A stretch of DNA of 64,000 nucleotides from a bacterium (GCA_035691305.1 DASSJF010000038.1:3312-67311), one strand, 5' to 3'. Numbered from the stretch's first letter, positions 29,801 to 40,063 are shown. Numbers and translations: made by a program. Notes: generated from the sequence alone by a model not told the origin.

Positions 29801-30342
29801 TCCACGTCGGGACGTCCGGCGGCCTGGTTCGCCGCGCGCGCAAGGACGAACAGCAGGTCGGACACGCGGTTCACGAACTTGAGGAGCTCGGGGTTCAGCG
29901 GCTCGTGCGCGGCGAGCGTCACAATCGCTCGCTCCGCGCGCCGCGCCACGGTCCGGGCGTGGTGCAGCGCCGCGGCCGTCGGCGTTCCGCCCGGCAGGAT
30001 GAACGCCCGGAGCGGCGGCAGCGCGTCCTCCAGCCGGTCGATCTCGCGCTCCAGCGCGTCGACCCAGGCGCCGGTGACACGGCTCGCGTGCGCGGCCGTT
30101 GCGGTCGCGGCCTCGGACGGGGTCGCCAGCTCCGACCCGACGTCGAACAAGTAGTGCTGCAGCTTCTCGATCACGGGCGCAATGGACGCGGGCGGATCCG
30201 TCGCACGCGCCACCCCGAGCACCGCGTTGAGCTCGTCGATTGCGCCGTACGCGGCCACCCGCGGATGGCTCTTGGGGACGCGCCGGCCGCCGAACAGGGC
30301 GGTGTCGCCCGCGTCGCCGGTCTTCGTGTAGATCCGCGTCAC
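29782..30342 (-). CDS. ATP:cob(I)alamin adenosyltransferase, PduO type
   Basis: Trimmed to GTG 30342 (GTGA overlap with the peptidase stop). VTRIYTKTGDAGDTALFGG...AYGAIDELNA...RAFILPGG signature. Confidence 0.9.
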   Translation of the reverse strand: MTRIYTKTGDAGDTALFGGRRVPKSHPRVAAYGAIDELNAVLGVARATDPPASIAPVIEKLQHYLFDVGSELATPSEAATATAAHASRVTGAWVDALEREIDRLEDALPPLRAFILPGGTPTAAALHHARTVARRAERAIVTLAAHEPLNPELLKFVNRVSDLLFVLARAANQAAGRPDVEWRQTR

Positions 30343-32402
30343 TCGTCCGCCCGCGCGGCGGCGCGCCCGGTACCCGCCGCCTGCCCCGCCGCCTCGCCGC
30401 CGCCGGATACGAGGTACTGCCGAAACCACGCGGTGATGTGGCGCAGCCGTTCGAGACGGTGGCGCGGCTGTCCGTTTCTGGAGAGGTCGTGGCTCTCGTT
30501 CGGGAAGCGCACGAACAGAGTCGGTACCCCCTGCTTCTTGAGCGCGACGAAGAGCTGTTCGCCCTGCTCGATCGGACAGCGGTGGTCCTGCTCGCTGTGC
30601 AGGATCAAGAGCGGCGTGCGCATCTCGCGCACGTACGTAATCGGCGAGCGCTCGAGGTAGAATTGCGGCGCCTCCCACGGATCGCCCGGGTACTCCCACA
30701 TGCCTTTCATGTAGGCGAGGTCGGAGGTCCCCCACTGGCTGTAGGCGTTGCTGATGCTGCGCATCGTCGCCCCGGCCCGGAACCGCCGCGTGTGCCCAAC
30801 GATCCAGTTGGTCATGAAGCCGCCGTAGCTGCCGCCGGCGACGCCAAGCCGCTCGCGGTCGATCCACGGATGTTCGGCCAGGGCGCGGTCGAGCCCGCGC
30901 ATCAAATCCTCGTAGTCCTTGCCGCCCCAGTCGTGGCGCGTCGCCGCGGTGAACCGCTCCCCGTACCCTTGGCTGCCGCGGGGGTTGAGGTAGACGACGC
31001 CGTACCCCTCCGCCGCCAGCACTTGGAATTCGTGGAAGAACGCGTTGCCGTAGGCGGCATGCGGCCCGCCGTGAATCTCCAGTACGGCCGGCGCCTTCGC
31101 GCCGTACACCGGGTTGGTCGGGCGCATCACCCACCCTTCCACCGTCCACCCGTCCAGGCTCTCGAATTCGAAGCGTTCGGGCCGCGCGAGCGCGATCGGA
31201 CCCAGCGCCGGGCCGGTGAGGTCGGTCAGGCGGCGCAGCGGACTCCCGAGGTCGAATACGGCGATCTCACCCGGCGTGGCCGGGTCGCTCTCGATACAGA
31301 CCGCGCGCCGCGCCGCGGCATCGAGCGAGCAGCCGATCAGCTCGTGGTCGCCGCGCGTCTCGAGCCGGATCGCCCGTCGGGGCGCCGCGCCGGCACCCTC
31401 GCCGGGCGTGGGCGGCGACGCGGCCATCGACGCGATTTGTGTATTGCCGCCGTCGGAGACCATGAAGATGAGACGCGTACCGTCGCGGCTCCACGTCAGA
31501 CCGCCCGTCGGCGGGTGGACCCGCGAGTCGGTCGCGATGTGGTGACCGACGTTCCGGTCTTCGTGCGCGGTGAGGCAGACCGGCTCACCGCCGCCCGCGG
31601 GCACCGTCCACACCCCCCAGTTCGTGGCGGCCCAGCAGGCATTGTCGTGCCCGACGTAGGCGATGGTCCGCCCGTCCGGCGACCACGCGGGCACGGACGC
31701 CGGACCGCGGCTGTTGGTAAGGCACCGCGGCGATCCCCCGTCGATCGAGAGCACCCAAATATCCGACGTGTTGCTAAGATCGGCGTCGGGCGAGGCGTTG
31801 CCGGCGTACGCGAGCATCGTGCCCTCGGGCGACCACGCGGGCGTCAGGTGATCGTAGTCCCCCGTCGTGATCTGCCGCGCGCGTCCCCCCGCGGCGGCCA
31901 CGACGAAAATCTGTTTCCAGCGGCCGTCCCAGAAGCCTTCACCGTCCTGCTTGTAGCGCAGGCGCGAGATGACTTTGACGTCGCTCTCTTCGCGCGGGCG
32001 GGCGGCCTCCGGCTTCCCGACGAAGGCGATCCAGCGGCCGTCCGGCGACCAGACGGGATCCGCCGGCGACACCTTGCCGGAGGTGATCGCGCGGGCTTCG
32101 CCCCCGCCGACCGAGATGACCCAGAGCTGCTTGTCGCCGTTCCGGTCGGAGACGAAGACGAGGCGCGTTCCATCCGGCGACCATCGCGGAGAGGTTTCCT
32201 TGGCGGCCGCCGTCGTGAGCTGGCGCGGGTCTCCTCCCGCGGCCGGCACGAGCCACAGATTGATGCGGTAGGTGTTGGCGGCGCGGTCCGCCCGCGTCAC
32301 GGTGAAGGCGACCTGCTCGCCGCCGGGCGACAACTGCGGGTCGTTGAGCACCGGGATGGCGACGAGGTGGTCGATCGTCATGCGGTGTGGAGCCCGGATC
32401 AC
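30339..32402 (-). CDS. S9 family serine peptidase (acylaminoacyl/prolyl oligopeptidase type) with an N-terminal beta-propeller
   Basis: Start at GTG 32402 (GGAGGG 6 nt upstream) or ATG 32381. TolB-like repeats (SPDG...AF), nucleophile GGSYGG, C-terminal ...NESHDLSR. Confidence 0.9.
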   Translation of the reverse strand: MIRAPHRMTIDHLVAIPVLNDPQLSPGGEQVAFTVTRADRAANTYRINLWLVPAAGGDPRQLTTAAAKETSPRWSPDGTRLVFVSDRNGDKQLWVISVGGGEARAITSGKVSPADPVWSPDGRWIAFVGKPEAARPREESDVKVISRLRYKQDGEGFWDGRWKQIFVVAAAGGRARQITTGDYDHLTPAWSPEGTMLAYAGNASPDADLSNTSDIWVLSIDGGSPRCLTNSRGPASVPAWSPDGRTIAYVGHDNACWAATNWGVWTVPAGGGEPVCLTAHEDRNVGHHIATDSRVHPPTGGLTWSRDGTRLIFMVSDGGNTQIASMAASPPTPGEGAGAAPRRAIRLETRGDHELIGCSLDAAARRAVCIESDPATPGEIAVFDLGSPLRRLTDLTGPALGPIALARPERFEFESLDGWTVEGWVMRPTNPVYGAKAPAVLEIHGGPHAAYGNAFFHEFQVLAAEGYGVVYLNPRGSQGYGERFTAATRHDWGGKDYEDLMRGLDRALAEHPWIDRERLGVAGGSYGGFMTNWIVGHTRRFRAGATMRSISNAYSQWGTSDLAYMKGMWEYPGDPWEAPQFYLERSPITYVREMRTPLLILHSEQDHRCPIEQGEQLFVALKKQGVPTLFVRFPNESHDLSRNGQPRHRLERLRHITAWFRQYLVSGGGEAAGQAAGTGRAAARADE

Positions 32403-32445
32403 GCGTGTCCCTCCGGCGCGAAGTGCGTTCGGCGCGTTTCGCTTC

Positions 32446-32477
32446 GGCGGTGCGGAAAGCGCTCCCTCCGCACCGCC
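32446..32477 (-). terminator. GC hairpin just after the phosphoesterase gene
   Basis: 11-bp perfect stem GGCGGTGCGGA / TCCGCACCGCC with a 10-nt loop, 5 nt downstream of the stop at 32482. No U tract. Confidence 0.35.
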
Positions 32478-32481
32478 ATCC

Positions 32482-33216
32482 CTAGACACCCGCCGCGAGG
32501 CGGCGCGACAAGAGCGTCGGCAGGCCGCGCCGTGCCATCTTCGCCTGCGTCGCGGCGATCGGATAGGCGACGCGGTGGAGCACGGCCTGAAGCCTCGCAT
32601 CGTCGAACACGAGATAGGCGGCGCGGGGATCGCCGTCACGCGGCTGGCCGACGCTGCCGGGATTGATGATGTAGCGGGAGGCGGCGGCGAGATCGAAGGG
32701 CGCCTCGGGAGGCAGCGCCTCGGTCCTGAGGTGCCCGTTCGGATGCCGGGCAAAGACCCCCGCGACGTGCGTGTGCCCGGCGAGACACACGCGGAAGTCG
32801 GCCTCGGCGAATACCGCGAGGGCGGTGGGCAGGTCCAGAATGTACTCCTCGACAGGACGCCGCGGACTGCCGTGCACCGCGACGAATGCCGGGGTGTCGC
32901 AACGCTCGGGCAGCGCCGCGAGGTAGGCGCGGTTGTCCTCGGTCAGCTCCTGCGCGGTCCATTCAATCGCCGCCCGTGCGAGCGGTGAGAACGCCGCGGC
33001 CGCGAGCTGGCCGACCGCGCCGCGATCGTGGTTGCCCGCGATCACCGCTCCCCCGAGGCGGCGCACCCGCTCGACGCAGGCGTTGGGGTCCGGGCCGTAG
33101 CCCACGACGTCGCCGAGGCACAGATATCCGTCCGGCGAACGCGGCGCCGCGTCGGCGAGCACGGCCTGCAGGGCCTCCATGTTCGCGTGGATATCCGAAA
33201 TGACCGCGTAGCGCAC
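32482..33216 (-). CDS. metallophosphoesterase (calcineurin-like, YfcE/MJ0936-type)
   Basis: MRYAVISDIHAN, LGDVVGYG, GNHD, GHTH and VAVHGSP motifs in the canonical order. Confidence 0.85.
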   Translation of the reverse strand: MRYAVISDIHANMEALQAVLADAAPRSPDGYLCLGDVVGYGPDPNACVERVRRLGGAVIAGNHDRGAVGQLAAAAFSPLARAAIEWTAQELTEDNRAYLAALPERCDTPAFVAVHGSPRRPVEEYILDLPTALAVFAEADFRVCLAGHTHVAGVFARHPNGHLRTEALPPEAPFDLAAASRYIINPGSVGQPRDGDPRAAYLVFDDARLQAVLHRVAYPIAATQAKMARRGLPTLLSRRLAAGV

Positions 33217-33228
33217 CGCGCTCGGTTC

Positions 33229-33888
33229 TCAGCGCCTCCGCCGGGCCAGCTCTGTGAAGATTTCGGTCGGGCTGATGCCTTGGTGCACGAGCAGGACGAG
33301 CGAGTGGAACCAGAGGTCGGCGGTCTCTTCCACAAGACGGCGGGAAGTCTCCTTGCGCGCCGCCCGCGCGACTTCCGCGGCTTCTTCCATCACCTTCTCG
33401 TTGAGCCGTGCCACGCCTGCGGTGAACAATCCGGCGGTGTATGAGCCCGCGGCGGGCGCTCGCCGGCGCTCGGCGAGCACGGCGGCCAACTCTGTGAGGA
33501 TCTCGGGCCCGGCCGTCCGCGGGGTCTCCGCGACCGCCCCCGCCGGACCGCCGGCCAGACGGCCGTCGGGCGCGACCGAGCGGAAGAAGCACGAGCGGTG
33601 TCCCGTATGGCAGGCCGGCCCCGTTTGCTCCACCTTCAATAAAATCGCGTCGCCGTCGCAGTCGCCCCGTACTTCCACGACGCGCTGGGTGTGGCCGGAG
33701 GTCTCGCCCTTCCGCCACAACTGCCGCCGGCTGCGGCTCCAGTACCATGCCTGACCGGTGGCGAGAGTGCGCTCGAGGGCCTCTCGCGTCATGTGCGCGA
33801 CCATCAGCACCTCTCCGGTCGCGGCATCCTGCGCCACCACCGTCACCAGTCCGGAAGCGTCGTAGATCACCCGATCGGCGTCGTTCAT
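33229..33888 (-). CDS. hisI: bifunctional phosphoribosyl-AMP cyclohydrolase / phosphoribosyl-ATP pyrophosphatase
   Basis: Trimmed to ATG 33888 (ATGA overlap with the hisF stop). ...[17 protein letters not shown]...[10 protein letters not shown]...CHTG plus a C-terminal HisE helix bundle. Confidence 0.95.
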   Translation of the reverse strand: MNDADRVIYDASGLVTVVAQDAATGEVLMVAHMTREALERTLATGQAWYWSRSRRQLWRKGETSGHTQRVVEVRGDCDGDAILLKVEQTGPACHTGHRSCFFRSVAPDGRLAGGPAGAVAETPRTAGPEILTELAAVLAERRRAPAAGSYTAGLFTAGVARLNEKVMEEAAEVARAARKETSRRLVEETADLWFHSLVLLVHQGISPTEIFTELARRRR

Positions 33889-34700
33889 ACGTGCCCACCT
33901 CCGGCCGCGGGGCGTCCTGCCGGCCGGACGAGGATCCCCGCGGCCGCCATCGCGGCTTTCACCGCCGCGATGCTGTGCGTCCGGTAATGAAACACAGACG
34001 CGGCCAGGACCGCGTCGGCGTCGGCGGCCGTGACCGCCTCTACGAAGTGCCGGGGCGCGCCAGCCCCGCCCGACGCGATCACCGGGATCCGGACGGCCCT
34101 CGTCACGGCCCGCACCAGGTCGAGATCGAACCCGTCCTCGCGACCGTCCTGGTCCATGCTGGTCAGGAGGATCTCCCCGGCCCCCAGCGCCGCGGCGCGC
34201 GCCGCCCACTCGACCGCATCCAATCCGGTCGCGCGGCGGCCCCCGTGCGTGAAGACGTCCCATCGCGGCGACGCGGTGCGGGCGCCGGGTCCGGGGCCGG
34301 CGCGCTGCGCATCGATCGCCACCACGATACACTGGCTGCCGAACTGCTCGGCGCCCTCGCGGATCAACTCGGGGCGCCGGACCGCCGCGGTATTGATGCC
34401 GACTTTGTCCGCGCCGGCGCGCAGCATGCGGCGGAGGTCCTCGACGGCCGCCAGCCCGCCGCCCACGGTGAAGGGAATCGTCAGCACCTCCGCGGTCCGC
34501 CGGACGATCGTTTCCATGATCCCGCGGCCCTCATGGCTCGCGGTAATGTCGAGCAAGACCACCTCATCGGCCCCCTCGCGATCATAGACCGTAGCGAGTT
34601 CCACCGGGTCGCCGGCGTCGCGCAGATCGACGAAGCGCGTCCCTTTGACGACGCGGCCGTCCTTCACGTCGAGGCACGCGACGACGCGGCGCGCGAGCAT
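33885..34700 (-). CDS. hisF: imidazole glycerol phosphate synthase cyclase subunit
   Basis: [20 protein letters not shown]...VIASGGAG. Confidence 0.95.
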   Translation of the reverse strand: MLARRVVACLDVKDGRVVKGTRFVDLRDAGDPVELATVYDREGADEVVLLDITASHEGRGIMETIVRRTAEVLTIPFTVGGGLAAVEDLRRMLRAGADKVGINTAAVRRPELIREGAEQFGSQCIVVAIDAQRAGPGPGARTASPRWDVFTHGGRRATGLDAVEWAARAAALGAGEILLTSMDQDGREDGFDLDLVRAVTRAVRIPVIASGGAGAPRHFVEAVTAADADAVLAASVFHYRTHSIAAVKAAMAAAGILVRPAGRPAAGGGHV

Positions 34701-34728
34701 CAGCGCCCCGCCGCGGGCATTCGCGCGA

Positions 34729-35469
34729 TCATGCCGGCCCCCGATCGCCGGCCGCCGCGGCGAGAAGGTCCTGCAGCCGCACGCTGCCTTCGTACAGCGC
34801 GCGCCCCACGACCGCCCCTTCCAGCCCCGCGGGCTCGAGCCGGCGGAGGCGTCGCAGATCGCCGGCGGACGTCACGCCGCCTGCGACGATCACGGGGACC
34901 GCGGCCGCCGCCAGGAAGGGCTCGAGCGACGCCACGTCGGGGCCGCCGAGCATGCCGTCGCGGCGCGTGTCCGTGTAGACGATGCGCCGCGCGCCGGCCC
35001 CGACGACCCGGGCCGCGGCCTCCGCCACCGTGAGCGGTGTCGCGGCCGTCCACCCTTCGGTGACAACGCGGCCGTCGCGCGCGTCGATCGCCGCCGCGAT
35101 CCGCCCGCCGAAACGCGCGCAGGCCGCGCGGAGCAGCTCGGGCGCGCTCACCGCGGCCGTCCCGAGGATCACGCGGGCCGCGCCGGCGTCGAGCAGCCGC
35201 TCGATCGTCGCGAGGTCGCGCACACCTCCGCCGACCTCGACCGGGACGCCGGCCTCGGCCAGAATGCGGCCGACGGCGTCGGGGTTGCCGGGGCTCCCGG
35301 CGAACGCGCCGTCGAGGTCCACCACGTGCAGCCAGCGCGCGCCGGCCGACGTCCAGCGGCGGGCGGCCGCCACCGGATCATCGTCGTACACGCGCTCGCG
35401 GCGCCGCTCGCCCTGAATCAGCCGCACGGCCTTGCCGCCGCGGATGTCAACCGCCGGCAGCACCAACAC
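34729..35469 (-). CDS. hisA: ProFAR isomerase (HisA)
   Basis: [17 protein letters not shown]...VVDLDGA...VIVAGGV. GTG/TTG start region overlaps the hisH end. Confidence 0.95.
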   Translation of the reverse strand: MLVLPAVDIRGGKAVRLIQGERRRERVYDDDPVAAARRWTSAGARWLHVVDLDGAFAGSPGNPDAVGRILAEAGVPVEVGGGVRDLATIERLLDAGAARVILGTAAVSAPELLRAACARFGGRIAAAIDARDGRVVTEGWTAATPLTVAEAAARVVGAGARRIVYTDTRRDGMLGGPDVASLEPFLAAAAVPVIVAGGVTSAGDLRRLRRLEPAGLEGAVVGRALYEGSVRLQDLLAAAAGDRGPA

Positions 35470-36073
35470 CGGCGGCCCACCGCGCGAAGTTGTTCAGGAT
35501 CCGTTCGCCGACCTCGCCCGACTTCTCCGGGTGGAACTGCGTCGCCCAGAGATTGCCGCGGCCGGCCACCGCGGCGATGTCGGCCCCGTACGAGCAGGTC
35601 GCAGCCACGAGCGTGGGATCCGAGGGCGCGCAGTAGTACGAGTGCACGAAATAGACGTAGTCCCCCGAAGCAACACCGTCGAGCAGCGGGCACGTCCGCT
35701 CCACCCGCAGCTGATTCCAACCCATGTGCGGCACCTTCACGGAATCCGGCAGCCGGACGACCCGGCCCGGCAGGACGCCGAGCCCCCGGGTCACGCCGGC
35801 TTCGACGCTCTCATCGAAGAGGAGCTGCATCCCGAGGCAGATGCCGAGGAAGGGCCGCCCGGACCGGACGTACGCGCGAATCCGCTCCGCGAACCCCGCG
35901 TCGGTCAGCCGGGCCATCGCCGGCCCGAACGCGCCGTCGCCGGGCACGACGAGCGCCGCGGCCGCATCCAGATCCCCAGGATCGTCGGTCACCCGGACGT
36001 CCAGGCCGCGCCGGCGCAGCCCCATCCCGATGCTGTGGAGGTTGCCGGCGCCGTAGTCGGCGACCACGATCAC
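35447..36073 (-). CDS. hisH: imidazole glycerol phosphate synthase glutaminase subunit
   Basis: MIVVADYGAGNLHSI...GICLGMQLL...QFHPEKS (Cys-His-Glu triad context). Confidence 0.95.
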   Translation of the reverse strand: MIVVADYGAGNLHSIGMGLRRRGLDVRVTDDPGDLDAAAALVVPGDGAFGPAMARLTDAGFAERIRAYVRSGRPFLGICLGMQLLFDESVEAGVTRGLGVLPGRVVRLPDSVKVPHMGWNQLRVERTCPLLDGVASGDYVYFVHSYYCAPSDPTLVAATCSYGADIAAVAGRGNLWATQFHPEKSGEVGERILNNFARWAAGVGAAGG

Positions 36074-36699
36074 TCGAGCGTTCCCTTCGTCGACGGCACG
36101 CCGGCGACGCGCGGATCGCGTCCCGTCGCGCGGTCCAGTGCGAGCGCGACGGCCTTGAACGCCGCTTCGATGATGTGATGGGCGTTCCGGCCGTGGAGGA
36201 GCATGAGGTGCAGCGTGATCCCCGCGTTCACGGCGAAAGCGCGGAAGAACTCTTCCGTGAGATCCGTGTCGTAGGCGCCGAGGCGCTGGCGCGCGAGAGG
36301 CACCGCGTAACGGAGGAACGGCCGGCCGCTCACGTCCACCACCGCGAGGACCAGCGCCTCGTCGAGCGGCGCGTGCGCGTCCGCGTACCGGAAGATGCCG
36401 GCGCCGCCGCTGATCGCGTCCTTGAACGCCCGGCCCAGCGCGATCCCGACGTCCTCGACCGTGTGGTGCGCGTCGACCTCGAGGTCGCCGGACGCCGCGA
36501 CGACCAGATCAAACCGCCCGTGGCGCGCGATCTGCTCCAGCATGTGATCGAGAAAGGGCACGCCCGTCGCGATCTCCGCATCGCCCGTCCCGTCGAGGTT
36601 CCAGCGGACGTCCACCTTGGTCTCGCCGGTCGCGCGCGACGCGCGGCCGACACGCGCCGCGGCCTCCTCGGCCGCGCCGTCCCGCTGGACGGGGCTCAC
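36070..36699 (-). CDS. hisB: imidazoleglycerol-phosphate dehydratase
   Basis: ...TGVPFLDHMLEQIARHG...DAHHTVEDVGIALG...NAHHIIEAAFKA. Confidence 0.95.
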   Translation of the reverse strand: MSPVQRDGAAEEAAARVGRASRATGETKVDVRWNLDGTGDAEIATGVPFLDHMLEQIARHGRFDLVVAASGDLEVDAHHTVEDVGIALGRAFKDAISGGAGIFRYADAHAPLDEALVLAVVDVSGRPFLRYAVPLARQRLGAYDTDLTEEFFRAFAVNAGITLHLMLLHGRNAHHIIEAAFKAVALALDRATGRDPRVAGVPSTKGTLE

Positions 36700-38024
36700 T
36701 CGTCCACCCCGCGGGCGGTCACCGCGAGGACGTGCGCCGGAAAGTCCTCATACCGCCCGAGCCGCTCGACGACCGGACGGACCGCGGCCAGCCCGCGCGC
36801 GTCCAGGGCGGCCACCGAAGTCGCCTTGAGGTAGCTCATCACGGTCACCCCCGAAGCGACCCGGGCGAACCCGGACGTGGGCAGCGCGGCGGGGACGCCG
36901 ATGGCGTAGTTGCCGGCCGAGAACGGCGTGTCTTGTCCGAGCAGCACTTCGCCGGCGTGCCGGATGGTGCCCAGGGTCCCGAGCGGATCGCGCGTCGCGA
37001 TCTGCAGATGCTCGGGCGCGTACAGATTGACGAACGCGATCGCTTCTTCCATCGACCGGGCCAGAATCGCGCCGCCGTAGCCGCGCAGCGCCGCCTCCGC
37101 GAAGGCGCGGCGGCGCGCCGGAATCCGCGCGAGATACCGCGGCAGACGCTCCTGGACATCGTCGATCAGCGCTTCGGAGACCGTCACGAGAACGGCCGCG
37201 GAGTCCGTGCCGTGTTCCGCTTCGTTCAAGAGGTCGAGCGCGAGCCGGTCCGCGTCCGCCGTCTCGTCGGCGAGGATCATCGACTCGGTCGGCCCGAGCA
37301 CCGACAGGAGGCGGACGCCTCGGGACTGCACGGCGATCTGCGCGGCGGTCACGTAGGGGTTGCCGGGACCGCCGAGGACCCGGACGCGCGGCAGGGTGGC
37401 GGTGCCCGACGCCAGCCCCGCGATGCCGGCCACGCCGTTGCACCGGTAGACCCGCGGAACGCCGAGCATGTCCGCGGCGACCAAGATCGCCGGGTCGACG
37501 CTGCCGTCGGGCCGCGGCGGGACGACGACGGCGATCTCCTCCACCCCGGCGACGACCGCCGGCGTGACGAGGGTCACGAGCGTCGAGGGAAACGTGCCCT
37601 TCCCGCTCGGAACGTACACGCCCGCGGCGTCGATCGGCGTCCACTTCACGCCGGCCGTGATGCCCGGCTCCAACTCGTCGAGCGTGAGACCGGCGGGACG
37701 CAGGCGTTCGTTGTAGCGCCGCGCGCGCGCGATCGACGCGGCGAGCGCGGTGCGCAGCCCGTCGTCGATCTCATCGTACGCCTTCCGCACCTCCGTCCGC
37801 GCCACGGCGAGGCGCTCCGGCGTGAGGGTGACCTTGTCGTACTGCGCGGTGTAGTCCACGATCGCCGCGTCCCCGCGCCGCTCGACGTCGGCGATGATGC
37901 CGGCGACGTGCGCGACGCGCGCCGGGTCGAAGATCTCGGCGCTCGACCGCCGCAAAATTTGCTGCAGGCGGTCGGGCGGCGCATCGGCGAGACGGACGAC
38001 GTCCACGGCGCTCCCTCCGTTCAC
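36696..38024 (-). CDS. hisD: histidinol dehydrogenase
   Basis: Run-on ORF trimmed to GTG 38024 (GTGA overlap with the hisG stop). An alternative GTG 38006 has GGAGGGAG 5 nt upstream. ...LLNEAEHGTDSAAVLVT...YAPEHLQI... Confidence 0.95.
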   Translation of the reverse strand: MNGGSAVDVVRLADAPPDRLQQILRRSSAEIFDPARVAHVAGIIADVERRGDAAIVDYTAQYDKVTLTPERLAVARTEVRKAYDEIDDGLRTALAASIARARRYNERLRPAGLTLDELEPGITAGVKWTPIDAAGVYVPSGKGTFPSTLVTLVTPAVVAGVEEIAVVVPPRPDGSVDPAILVAADMLGVPRVYRCNGVAGIAGLASGTATLPRVRVLGGPGNPYVTAAQIAVQSRGVRLLSVLGPTESMILADETADADRLALDLLNEAEHGTDSAAVLVTVSEALIDDVQERLPRYLARIPARRRAFAEAALRGYGGAILARSMEEAIAFVNLYAPEHLQIATRDPLGTLGTIRHAGEVLLGQDTPFSAGNYAIGVPAALPTSGFARVASGVTVMSYLKATSVAALDARGLAAVRPVVERLGRYEDFPAHVLAVTARGVDE

Positions 38025-38695
38025 ACGATCGGCGGCGCGGCCACGGCCGACCGCACCCGCTCGATCACCGCGGCCACGGCCTCGGCGCGGCTGCGCAGGC
38101 TGATGCGGTTCACGACGAGCCGCGCGGTCGACTGAAACAGCTCCTCGACCTCGACGAGACCGTTCTCGCGCAGCGTCCGCCCGCTCATCACGAGATCCAT
38201 GATCCCGTCGGCCAGCCCGACGAGCGGTGCCAGCTCCACGGTGCCGTTCATCGGAATGATCTCCACCGGACGGCCCTGCGTCCAGAAGCGGCGCTCCGTC
38301 ACGCGCGGATACTTCGTCGCGATGCGCAGCGGCGACAGCCGCTCCCAGGTCGCGGCGAGCCGCCGCGGAAACGCCAGCACGCCGCGGCAGGTTCCGAACC
38401 CGAGGTCGACGAGCTCGTAGACGTCCCGGCCCTGCTCGAGCAGCACGTCCTTGCCGGCAATGCCGAGGTCGGCGGCGCCGTGCTCGACGTACGTCAGCAG
38501 GTCGACGGGCTTGGCGATCAGGCAGCGCAGGCCGGCCTCCGCCCCCTCCACGATCAGCCGCCGGCTGTCCCGCCAGGCCGCGCCGTCGAGGTAGCCCGCG
38601 GCGTCGAGGATGCGCATCGCCCCGTCCAACAGCCGGCCCGACGGCACGGCGACCGTCACGAGCGGCGCGTCGCCCGGCGTACGCCCGCGCGTCAC
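38021..38695 (-). CDS. hisG: ATP phosphoribosyltransferase, short form (HisZ-dependent)
   Basis: Trimmed to GTG 38695 (GTGA overlap with the hisZ stop). ...VAVPSGRLLDGA...YVEHGAADLGIAGKDVL.... About 224 aa with no C-terminal regulatory domain. Confidence 0.9.
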   Translation of the reverse strand: MTRGRTPGDAPLVTVAVPSGRLLDGAMRILDAAGYLDGAAWRDSRRLIVEGAEAGLRCLIAKPVDLLTYVEHGAADLGIAGKDVLLEQGRDVYELVDLGFGTCRGVLAFPRRLAATWERLSPLRIATKYPRVTERRFWTQGRPVEIIPMNGTVELAPLVGLADGIMDLVMSGRTLRENGLVEVEELFQSTARLVVNRISLRSRAEAVAAVIERVRSAVAAPPIV

Positions 38696-39987
38696 GGCGC
38701 GGTTCCCCGCGCGGCGGCGCCGGGGTCCGCCACCACCTCGGCCGCCGGAACGACGTGCTCCGACGCGGCGCCCTCCCGGACGCGCGCGGTACCGCGCCCG
38801 ACGAGGACCGCGCGCGCGATCCCGCGGCGCGCCGCCTCCGCCGCAACCTGGTCCCACGGGCGTCCGAGCACTTCCAGCGCGACGGCGAACCCACGCGCGC
38901 GAAGCGCGCGCGCACACGCCGCCGCCTCGGCCGCGCACCCGGGCTCCGCGGCCAAGACGACATCCGGCAGCCACGCCTGGCCCGTTCCGCCGGGCGCATC
39001 GCCGTCTTCCGCGGCCAGCACGCGTTCGAGGCGGATCGCAAATCCCGTCGCCGGAAGCGGCACTCCGAACCGCTCCAGCAGCCGGTCGTAACGGCCGCCG
39101 CCCAGGAGCGGCGCGCCGAGCGAGACGGTGTGGCCCTCGAAGACGATGCCGGTGTAGTAGTCGAAGTCGCGGATGATGCTGAGGTCAAACGTCACGGCGT
39201 CCGCCACGCCGTGCGCGGCGAGCGCTTCGCCGAGACGCTCCAGGTCGCGCACGACGTCGCGGCCTTCGGGCGTGTGTACCAGGCGGCGCGCCTCCTCCAA
39301 GGCGCCCGCGCCGCGCAGCGCCGGCAGCGCCATGAGCGCGTCGAGCCGCGCCGCGGGCGCGCGGCGGCGCTCGAGCAGGTTGCGCAGGCCGACGAAGTCT
39401 TTCTGGTACAGGAGCTCCCGCACGCCGCCCGCGTCGTCGCCCGCGAGGTCGAGCCCCGCGAGCACGCCCTGCAGAAAACCGACGTGACCGAGACTCAGCG
39501 AGAAGTCGGACGCGCCCGCGGCGCGCAGCGCGCCGACCGCCAGCGCGACGATCTCCGCGTCCGCCTCCACGCTCTGGGAGCCGATCAGCTCGCACCCGGC
39601 CTGCGGAAACTCGCGCAGCCGCGCGGCGCCGGTTTCGCGTCCGCGGAACACCCAGCCGGCGTAGGCGGCGCGCAGCGGCGCCGGCTCGTCCCGCAGGCGG
39701 GTCGCGACGAGCCGCGCGACCGGCGTCGTCATCTCCGGACGCAGCGCCAGCAGCTCGCCGCCGCGGTCGACCAGCTTGAACAGCCGGTCCGCGGCGTCGG
39801 CGCCCTCGCCCCGCACCAGGACGTCAAGGTACTCGAGCGTCGGCGTGACGACCTCACGGTACCCCCAGCGGGCGGCCTCCGCGAGCACGCCGGCCGTCGC
39901 CGCCCGAAGACGCGCGGCCTGCCGCGGCAGCCAGTCGCGGGTGCCGGAGGGGATCAGCTGCCAGCGCTCTCGCGGATCGCGGTGCAA
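38692..39987 (-). CDS. hisZ: ATP phosphoribosyltransferase regulatory subunit (HisRS paralog)
   Basis: 431 aa, ...PSGTRDWLP...FKLVDRGGELLALRPEMTTPVAR... class II aaRS-like core. TTG start with a GAGGTAAAG SD. First gene of the his operon. Confidence 0.9.
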   Translation of the reverse strand: MHRDPRERWQLIPSGTRDWLPRQAARLRAATAGVLAEAARWGYREVVTPTLEYLDVLVRGEGADAADRLFKLVDRGGELLALRPEMTTPVARLVATRLRDEPAPLRAAYAGWVFRGRETGAARLREFPQAGCELIGSQSVEADAEIVALAVGALRAAGASDFSLSLGHVGFLQGVLAGLDLAGDDAGGVRELLYQKDFVGLRNLLERRRAPAARLDALMALPALRGAGALEEARRLVHTPEGRDVVRDLERLGEALAAHGVADAVTFDLSIIRDFDYYTGIVFEGHTVSLGAPLLGGGRYDRLLERFGVPLPATGFAIRLERVLAAEDGDAPGGTGQAWLPDVVLAAEPGCAAEAAACARALRARGFAVALEVLGRPWDQVAAEAARRGIARAVLVGRGTARVREGAASEHVVPAAEVVADPGAAARGTAP

Positions 39988-40034
39988 CGGGTACTTTACC
40001 TCGATAAAGTGATAGAGTGTTGAAGCACCCGGCT

Positions 40035-40063
40035 ATCCTACCATGGGCGCCGGGGACCGTCAA
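40035..40063 (-). promoter_or_regulatory. candidate his operon promoter
   Basis: Minus strand reads TTGACG (40063..40058), a 17-nt spacer, then TAGGAT (40040..40035). About 45 nt upstream of the hisZ start. Confidence 0.5.

Noticed and set aside
30240-32666. 808-aa plus-strand ORF, with similar giants at 720..2207, 2226..3971, 3835..5886, 5932..7986, 11786..13561, 16185..17990 and 34645..36834 (plus strand) and 8440..10230 (minus strand)
   Set aside because: All lie antisense to, or out of frame with, genes that have clear family signatures (S9 peptidase, V-ATPase, nuo, his). Their products are Arg/Pro/Ala/Gly-rich low-complexity strings. This is the usual stop-poor shadow-frame artefact of roughly 70% GC DNA.
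36070-38024. Missing hisC between hisD and hisB as an anomaly
   Set aside because: hisC is frequently encoded elsewhere or replaced by a general aminotransferase. There is no remnant or gap between the translationally coupled hisD and hisB genes.
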